This document shows positions 58,065 through 64,000 of a stretch of DNA of 64,000 bases, piece by piece. The notes below the pieces were generated by a model. That model was not told the origin of the DNA. It was given only the letters and a program-made list of their open reading frames with translations, and did no database searches. A program made the translations under genes and the position numbers. Position 1 is the first letter of the stretch. Each line of letters opens with the position of its first letter. Source of the stretch: a bacterium. GTDB lineage: Bacteria > UBA8248 > JACPRG01 > G963555815. The stretch covers positions 736,001-800,000 of the forward strand of contig CBDHDG010000006.1 of the NCBI GenBank assembly GCA_965261595.1. Reading direction: 5' to 3'.

Positions 58065-58271
58065 ATGAAACTGCTGAATCGAGATCAAGTTGCTGATTTA
58101 GTTAGTCTTTCAATTCCCTCCCTATACAGGCTCATGCAAGCGGGCCGGTTTCCGAGACCCCTCAAAATTGGCCTCCGCGCCGTTCGGTGGCGAGAATCGG
58201 AAATCCGCGATTTCATCGCCTCGCGCCCCCGCGCGAGCGGCGAAACCGGCGAACCACCGAAGGCCGGCTGA
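58065..58271 (+). CDS. alpA: AlpA-family regulator/excisionase
   Basis: LLNRDQVADLVSLSIPSLYRLMQAGRFPRPLKIG.RAVRWRESEI; GGAGG SD. Confidence 0.9.
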   Translation: MKLLNRDQVADLVSLSIPSLYRLMQAGRFPRPLKIGLRAVRWRESEIRDFIASRPRASGETGEPPKAG

Positions 58272-59176
58272 TGAACAAGCTCTCAGCCGAGGCCATCGCC
58301 CGCGGTCTGGAGCGCCCGCGCCGCTCCAGCGACGGCTGGATGGCGCGCTGCCCCGCCCATTTGGATCGTGAGCCGAGCCTGTCGATCCACGAAACCGAAG
58401 ATGGCAGGGTATTGGTCCGCTGCCATGCCGGCTGCGACCAGCGGGATGTAATTGTCGTACTGAAAGAACACGGACTGTGGAATGGTAGGATGCCATCGCA
58501 CCTTCGTCGTGCTTCGCACCGTAAGGCACCGCCGCTCCAACACGATCAGCGCCAGGCCGAACGGACCGCCGTCGCGCTTTCCATCTGGCAATCCACGGTC
58601 CCGGCTAACGGCACGCCTGTCGAGACCTACCTTGCCGGGCGCAGCCTGTCCCTGCCATTACCGCCGGCTCTCCGTTTTCATCGCGGCTTGAAGCACCCAT
58701 CGGGCGGGTTCTGGCCCTGCATGGTGGCGCTGGTGACGCAGGGCGATGTCGGCAACCCGCTGGCGATTCACCGTACCTTCCTCGCCCGCGACGGTGGCAG
58801 AAAGGCGCCGGTTGATCCGGCCAGGATGATGCTCGGTCCCTGTCGGGGCGGAGCGGTGCGGCTCGGCGTGCCTGATCAGCTGCTGATGGTCGGCGAAGGT
58901 ATTGAGACTTGTCTCGCGGCGATGCAGGCGACCGGACATCCTGCCTGGGCCGCGCTGTCCACCGCCGGCCTGCGTACGATCGACCTGCCCGCGACCGTGC
59001 ACGAGTTGATCGTACTCGCCGACGGCGATGAGTCCGGTGAGGCGGCGGCGAAGGACTGCGCCCTTCGCTGGATGAGGCGAGAACGGCGTGTGCGTATTGC
59101 CCGCCCGACAAGGGGTGCAGACTTTAACGATATGCTGCTCGGCCGTGCGCCTTGCAACGAGGAGAGCGCGCTATGA
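58271..59176 (+). CDS. Phage/plasmid-type primase (Zn-binding + Toprim)
   Basis: CPAH.D..PSL...CHAGC; HRTFL; VGEGIET; LADGDESG; DFND. Confidence 0.85.
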   Translation: MNKLSAEAIARGLERPRRSSDGWMARCPAHLDREPSLSIHETEDGRVLVRCHAGCDQRDVIVVLKEHGLWNGRMPSHLRRASHRKAPPLQHDQRQAERTAVALSIWQSTVPANGTPVETYLAGRSLSLPLPPALRFHRGLKHPSGGFWPCMVALVTQGDVGNPLAIHRTFLARDGGRKAPVDPARMMLGPCRGGAVRLGVPDQLLMVGEGIETCLAAMQATGHPAWAALSTAGLRTIDLPATVHELIVLADGDESGEAAAKDCALRWMRRERRVRIARPTRGADFNDMLLGRAPCNEESAL

Positions 59177-60990
59177 GCAGCGAGAACGATGGCTTGAACT
59201 CCATCCGCGATGCAATAGAGGCCGCCGAGGAAGTTCCGGATCTACTGGAGGAGCTGATCGGGAAATCAAAGGCTGACTCCGGCGCCGCCTTCGCCCCAGC
59301 GGTGTTGAAACAACTCGCGATGCTCAAGAAAAACGACCTTGCGGCGTTCGAGACGCTTCGGACGAAGCTCAAGACTTCGGGTTGCCGGGTGACCTTGCTC
59401 GATGAGGCCATCGCTGAGGAAACCGGCGAGGTCAGCAAGGGGAGACCGACACAGTCCGGCATTTTGATCGACCTCGCAGCCGAGGTGGAGCTTTTCCATA
59501 CCGCAGACAGTACGGCATACGGCGATCTTCACTTCAACGGACACCGCGAGACTTGGCCGGTCCGCAGCACGGGGTTTAAGCGCTGGCTCACGCGGCGGTT
59601 CTTTGAGTCCACTGAAGGTGCCCCGAACTCGGAAGCTCTTAAGGCGGCACTGCACGTGCTTGAGGCGCGAGCGTATTACGACGCGCCGCAGGCGGACGTC
59701 TTCATCCGAGTGGCGGGCCACGGGGTGAAACTCTACCTCGACCTCGCCGATGATTCCTGGCGGGCGGTGGAGATCGACGGTGCGGGATGGCGCGTCGTCG
59801 GCAAGCCGCCGGTTCGGTTCCGCCGGGCGGCTGGCATGCAGCCACTGCCGGTCCCGATACCGGGCGGGTCCGTGGATATGCTGCGTCCATTCCTCAACGT
59901 CGACGATGACGATTTCGTTCTTGTCGTGGCTTGGATGCTTGCCTGCCTGCGGGATTGTGGTCCCTATCCGGCCCTCGTACTGTCAGGCGAACAAGGATCG
60001 GCCAAGTCTACCTTTTGCCGCGTCCTGCGTGCGCTCCTCGATCCCAACACAGCCCCGCTGCGCGCCCTGCCACGCGAGAACCGGGAACTGTTCATCGCGG
60101 CACACAACCAGCATTTGCTTGTCTTTGATAATGTCTCTGGATTGCCGCCGTGGTTATCGGACACGTTGTGCCGTCTTGCCACGGGTGGCGGCTTTGCAGT
60201 GCACCAGCTCTATACCGACCAAGACGAGGTACTGTTTGATGCCATGCGTCCACTTGTCTTGAACGGCATCACGGACATCGTGAACCGGCCCGACCTCGCG
60301 GATCGGGCCATCTTCCTGACCCTGGACCCAATCCCGGAGGAGCGCCGTCGACCCGAGGAAGAACTCTGGGAGGAGATCCAAGAAGCACGCCCGAAGATTC
60401 TCGGCGCCTTGCTCGATGCTGTCTCGACCGGTCTGAGACAATACCATGGGACAAAACTGGAGAAGCTGCCGCGCATGGCTGATTTCGCGCGCTGGGTGAC
60501 AGCCTGTGAAACCGCCCTTTGGCCCGCCGGGACTTTCTCAGCGGCCTATCTCGTCAATCGCGACGCGGTGGTGGATAACGTCATTGATGCTGATCCAGTG
60601 AGTTCGGCGCTTCGCTCGCTGATGGAAAGGCGGACCGAATGGACGGGCACCGCGACGGAGCTTCTGGAAGTCCTTTCCGATGAAGTCGGCGAGCGGGTCA
60701 GCAAGACCAAGGCTTGGCCGACGAGCTCGCAGGCGTTGTCTGGACGGGTTCGTCGCGCCGCGCCCCTACTACGCAAGGTCGGGATCGAAATAGGTTTTAA
60801 AAAAGAAGGCCACGCGCGGACCCGGCTGATCGAGATTTTTCGGAAGACAGATAACAGGCGGATAACATCGTCCCTACCGTCCGCATCGTCCGCCGAAGGC
60901 GTCAAGGGTGCGTCCGGCAAAGGCTCGGAGGGCTTGGGGGTGCGGACGCAAGAGCCGTCTGCGGACGCAAACGGCCGTTTGCCGCACTAG
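59173..60990 (+). CDS. Replicative ATPase/helicase of satellite-type elements
   Basis: Walker A GEQGSAKS, Walker B-like LLVFDN, LCRLATGGG, RPDLADR, PRMADF. Confidence 0.78.
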   Translation: MSSENDGLNSIRDAIEAAEEVPDLLEELIGKSKADSGAAFAPAVLKQLAMLKKNDLAAFETLRTKLKTSGCRVTLLDEAIAEETGEVSKGRPTQSGILIDLAAEVELFHTADSTAYGDLHFNGHRETWPVRSTGFKRWLTRRFFESTEGAPNSEALKAALHVLEARAYYDAPQADVFIRVAGHGVKLYLDLADDSWRAVEIDGAGWRVVGKPPVRFRRAAGMQPLPVPIPGGSVDMLRPFLNVDDDDFVLVVAWMLACLRDCGPYPALVLSGEQGSAKSTFCRVLRALLDPNTAPLRALPRENRELFIAAHNQHLLVFDNVSGLPPWLSDTLCRLATGGGFAVHQLYTDQDEVLFDAMRPLVLNGITDIVNRPDLADRAIFLTLDPIPEERRRPEEELWEEIQEARPKILGALLDAVSTGLRQYHGTKLEKLPRMADFARWVTACETALWPAGTFSAAYLVNRDAVVDNVIDADPVSSALRSLMERRTEWTGTATELLEVLSDEVGERVSKTKAWPTSSQALSGRVRRAAPLLRKVGIEIGFKKEGHARTRLIEIFRKTDNRRITSSLPSASSAEGVKGASGKGSEGLGVRTQEPSADANGRLPH

Positions 60991-61051
60991 TCTTCCGTCC
61001 GCGGAAACCCCTGTGATACCTGGCTTGCGGACGGTGCGGACGGTAGGGACG
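60869..61051. repeat. GCGGACG iteron array/putative replication origin
   Basis: 25 bp inverted repeat 60869-60893/61027-61051 (1 mismatch) enclosing direct TGCGGACGCAA copies at 60941 and 60960. Confidence 0.65.
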
Positions 61052-61308
61052 CAAATTTCTCAGCTTAATCTGGCTGGCGGAAAGGGAATATGTTGTCAAT
61101 CGCCGGCGATGGCGAAAGGCCGGTGCCGGATGCACGAGGGCTTCAACGAGCCGTCGAGATCTCAAGCGTGCTGTTCGGAGGAGACAGCACGGGTCCTCCT
61201 AGAGGGGGGTACGCATAGAGGTTTTAGTGAGTCGCAAAGTTCGACTATTTTCTGTTTGGACCCGGAGTCTCACACTGAGCCAGTGCGCGGACTTGGCAGG
61301 AGCGAGAG

Positions 61309-61815
61309 ATGAACGACACCGAAGCCCTGGCAGACCTTAGCGTCGAGCAGTTGATGGACGCCGGCATCCCGCGCCCGACCGCTTACAGGGTGAAGGCGGA
61401 GGGGAGAATACCGAGCGGCAAGAACGGCCAACTCATCCAGGAGCTGATCAGAGATGCGTTGCAGCCATCGAAGAACCGGTCCCGGTCTGCCCATCCTGGC
61501 ATGCTGGTTCCCGAACACGAGATGATGCCCGCCGAGGCGGACGCGCAGTGGCGAATCCACCGTGCCGGCCTTCAGAAGGCTAAGCGCATCGAGCAGGAGC
61601 GCCGTAACGCCGAGGCTGAGGGACGGTTGGTAGACGCGGACGTTGTTAGGGACCGGATCGCGGCGGCCGGTGTGGAGCTTCTGAGGGGCTTTGAGAACCT
61701 TCGCCGCAGTGTCGAGACGGTGTGCTGCCCGGAGTGTCGGGATGCGGTGGTCGATGCTGTGAGCGCGTCCACCGGAGATGTGGCCCGCCAGATCGGTAAG
61801 GCGTTGGCTGGATGA
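61309..61815 (+). CDS. Terminase small subunit-like protein (lambda Nu1-like)
   Basis: N-terminal HTH-like GIPRPTAYRVKAEGRIP; coiled segment KAKRIEQERRNAEAEGRLVDADVV typical of Nu1-like proteins; AGGAG SD. Confidence 0.6.
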   Translation: MNDTEALADLSVEQLMDAGIPRPTAYRVKAEGRIPSGKNGQLIQELIRDALQPSKNRSRSAHPGMLVPEHEMMPAEADAQWRIHRAGLQKAKRIEQERRNAEAEGRLVDADVVRDRIAAAGVELLRGFENLRRSVETVCCPECRDAVVDAVSASTGDVARQIGKALAG

Positions 61816-61880
61816 GCGCGCTACGAAGATTCAAAAAAAAGGCGATGGAAGCTATCGGCGAGCCGCAACGTCGGCACTAG
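61812..61880 (+). pseudogene. 5' stub of the next gene (probably large terminase), truncated by IS630
   Basis: ATGA-coupled start MSALRRFKKKAMEAIGEPQRRH; stop TAG is created at the IS630 junction. Confidence 0.4.
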
Positions 61881-62192
61881 TGGACTGTAACATTGAAATA
61901 GCCAGTAATGTTTAGTACAGTATCATGCATGCCAAACACCCCCATTCAGCTGACTTCCGATGAAAGAGAAGAACTGCAACGGCGATCCCGTTCGCGCGTG
62001 CTGCGGTCCGAAGACGTCCGACGAGCCCAAGTCATTCTGATGCTCGATGCCGGGGAGTCCTATTTGAGGATCCAGCGCGCCGTGGGCTGCGATGCCCGGT
62101 ATGTGAGCCGATGGAAGACCCGGTTCCAACAAGAGGGACTGGCCGGCTTTTGGACTTACCCCGGTTTCGTGGAGAGTTAAGCACTTGGGTTT

Positions 62193-63041
62193 TCAGGGTG
62201 TGCGTTGTTGTCTCCTTTCGTAGTTAACGGGTGACAGGTTGTCGATGGAGGAGTGCCGACGATGCGGGTTGTAGAAGCCCTCGATGAACCCGAACACCTC
62301 CATGCGCGCCTCGGCCCGGGTGCGGAAACTGTGGCGAGCGAGGAGCTCGCACTCCAGCGTGGCGAAAAAGCTCTCACACAGCGCGTTGTCGTAGCAGTCC
62401 CCGACCGAACCCATGGAGGGACGCACGCCCGCCTGCCGGCAGCGCTGCCCAAAGGCGACCGAGGTGTACTGCGTGCCCTGGTCGGAGTGGTGGATGACGG
62501 CCCGGGGACGGCGCTTATACAGCGCCATGTCGAGCGCGTCGAGCACCAACTCGGCCCGCAGGTGTGTGGCCATCGACCACCCCACGATGCGCCGGCTGAA
62601 CGCATCGAGCGCCACGGCCAGATACAAAAACCCCGCCCATGTCGGAACGTAGGTGATGTCGGCCACCCACAGCCGGTCGGGGGCCTCGGCCGTGAAGTTG
62701 CGGTCCACCAGATCAGGGGCCGGCCGCGCCTCCTGCCGGCGCTGCGTCGTGCGCGCTCCCTTGCGCCGACTGACGCCCGCAAGTCCCGCCCCACGTATCA
62801 GCCTGGCGACGCGCTTGCGGCCCACACGCACTCCCTCAGCCTCCAGCTCGGCATGGACGCGCGGCACGCCGTAAGTCCCCCGAGAACGCTCGTGGATCGC
62901 CTGAATGCGTTTGGTGAGCGCCCGATCGGCACACGAGCGGGCACACGGCGCGCGCCTGCGCCACGCGTAGTAGCCGCTGGAGGAGACGCCCAGCACCCGG
63001 CACATGGTGGCGGTCCGATACATGGCCTGGTTCGCCCTCAC
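62193..63041 (-). CDS. IS3 transposase OrfB (DDE)
   Basis: WVADITY, HHSDQGTQY, DNALCESFFATLE, YNPHRRHS; GTGA overlap with orfA. Confidence 0.92.
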   Translation of the reverse strand: MRANQAMYRTATMCRVLGVSSSGYYAWRRRAPCARSCADRALTKRIQAIHERSRGTYGVPRVHAELEAEGVRVGRKRVARLIRGAGLAGVSRRKGARTTQRRQEARPAPDLVDRNFTAEAPDRLWVADITYVPTWAGFLYLAVALDAFSRRIVGWSMATHLRAELVLDALDMALYKRRPRAVIHHSDQGTQYTSVAFGQRCRQAGVRPSMGSVGDCYDNALCESFFATLECELLARHSFRTRAEARMEVFGFIEGFYNPHRRHSSIDNLSPVNYERRQQRTP

Positions 63042-63352
63042 GAACCCGTAGATCCGGACGGGATCGAATCGGTATCCCGAGCAAACCAGGCCGCGGCTTT
63101 TGCTAAGATCTCCCGCTCCTGGCGGAGCTGTCGGTTCTCGCGGCGAAGTCGGCGCAACTCCTCCCGCTCATCGCTCGTGAGCCCGTCTTTGCGACGCCCC
63201 TCGTCAACGTCGGCTTGATGGGCCCAGGTGCGGATCGTCTGCGCCGAGGACTCGAACTCGTGCGCCAGCGCCTCGGGCGTGCGTCCCGCCCGGACCAACT
63301 CTACCATCTGGCAGCGGAACTCCATTGGATAGCGTGGGTGAGTCTGTGGCAT
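63038..63352 (-). CDS. IS3 transposase OrfA
   Basis: YPMEFRCQMVELV...LRRLRRENRQLRQEREILAKAAAWFA. Confidence 0.9.
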   Translation of the reverse strand: MPQTHPRYPMEFRCQMVELVRAGRTPEALAHEFESSAQTIRTWAHQADVDEGRRKDGLTSDEREELRRLRRENRQLRQEREILAKAAAWFARDTDSIPSGSTGS

Positions 63353-64000
63353 CGTGAACACCTCCTTTACCCCCAAATCATCAGGTGTCCACCAAACCGG
63401 GTCAACTCCACTTGTATTCCAGACATTGCGGTCGAGCGGTTCACAAGCGCACCCCCCGGCTGGAGGCTCGGATTCTGGACTGGACCAGGCGCCGACCACC
63501 GGACGGAGCGACGCACTGGAGTAGTCGCAAGCTGGCGCGGCAGTTGGGCACCAACCACATGATGGTGGCCCGGGTTTGGAAACGTGCGGGTCTGCAACCC
63601 CACCGCATTCAACGTTACATGGCATCGAATGATCCAGACTTTGAGAAGAAGGCGGCCGATATCATTGGCCTCTATGTCAACCCGCCGCAACACGCCGCCG
63701 TTTTCTGTGTGGATGAAAAAACCGCCATTCAGGCCTTGGACCGATTCGATCCCGTGTTGCCGCTTTCTCCGGGTCGCGCCAAGCGTCACGGTTTCGAGTA
63801 TTACCGGCACGGAACGCTCTCGCTGTATGCGGCCCTGAATACAAAGACCGGCGAGGTCATCGGCAAGACCGCAGCGAGGCACACCAGCGAGGCCTTTGTG
63901 GCTTTGCTTTCTGGCATCGTGGCCAGACAACCCAAGCGGCGTGAAATTCACATCATCGCAGACAATCTGTCGGCTCATAAGAGCCGCCGCGTGCGACAGT

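Larger units (their letters stand above)
62151..63410 (-). mobile_element. IS3-family insertion sequence, 1260 bp
   Basis: TG...CA ends; IRs TGGACTTACCCCGGTTTCGTGGAGA / TGGAGTTGACCCGGTTTGGTGGACA; CTT(T)/CTT(G) target duplication. Confidence 0.92.
56039..64000 (+). mobile_element. Phage-satellite-like integrative island at the tmRNA 3' end (right end outside the window)
   Basis: P4-type integrase immediately after ssrA, then AlpA, primase, helicase, repeat-rich ori-like region and terminase-small-like gene; lower GC. Confidence 0.85.
61880..64000 (+). mobile_element. IS630-family element, transposase interrupted by IS3; runs off the window
   Basis: Starts after TA (61878-61879); N-part 61929-62149 (LTSDEREEL...RWKTRFQQEGLAG) rejoins at 63412 (LYSRH...THWSSRKLA...VDEKTAIQAL...IADNLSAHK). 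Confidence 0.88.

Overview
A 64 kb window from a high-GC bacterial chromosome; the taxon cannot be assigned from sequence alone. The core backbone carries a futalosine menaquinone cluster (mqnE-mqnA-mqnC converging on mqnD-ubiA-ubiD), gatC, pcrA/uvrD, GlmU/GlmM-like genes, a pilM-aroB-aroQ-peptidase-efp run, and rnr-smpB-ssrA. Interspersed are many orphan catabolic or transport genes: tandem DAO-family oxidases, an enamidase-like amidohydrolase, hydantoinase B, an XDH Mo subunit and solitary substrate-binding proteins. Accessory DNA includes four items. (1) A lower-GC, 5'-truncated PolB2-type family B DNA polymerase at the left edge. (2) A 958 bp transposase-less element (37267-38224) with 37 bp terminal inverted repeats, a perfect 8 bp target duplication, NrdR-box-like motifs and promoter-like sequences at both ends, and unknown passenger ORFs; this is the most novel-looking item. 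(3) REP/MITE-like palindromes. (4) A phage-satellite-like island integrated at the tmRNA 3' end (integrase, AlpA, primase, helicase, ori-like repeats, Nu1-like terminase), hit by an IS630 that is itself split by an IS3. There is also an unclassified ~150 nt structured RNA candidate upstream of mqnE, and several genes show small lesions (frameshifts, near-cognate starts). No CRISPR array, rRNA or tRNA was seen. All family assignments come from motif recognition by eye, not database searches.
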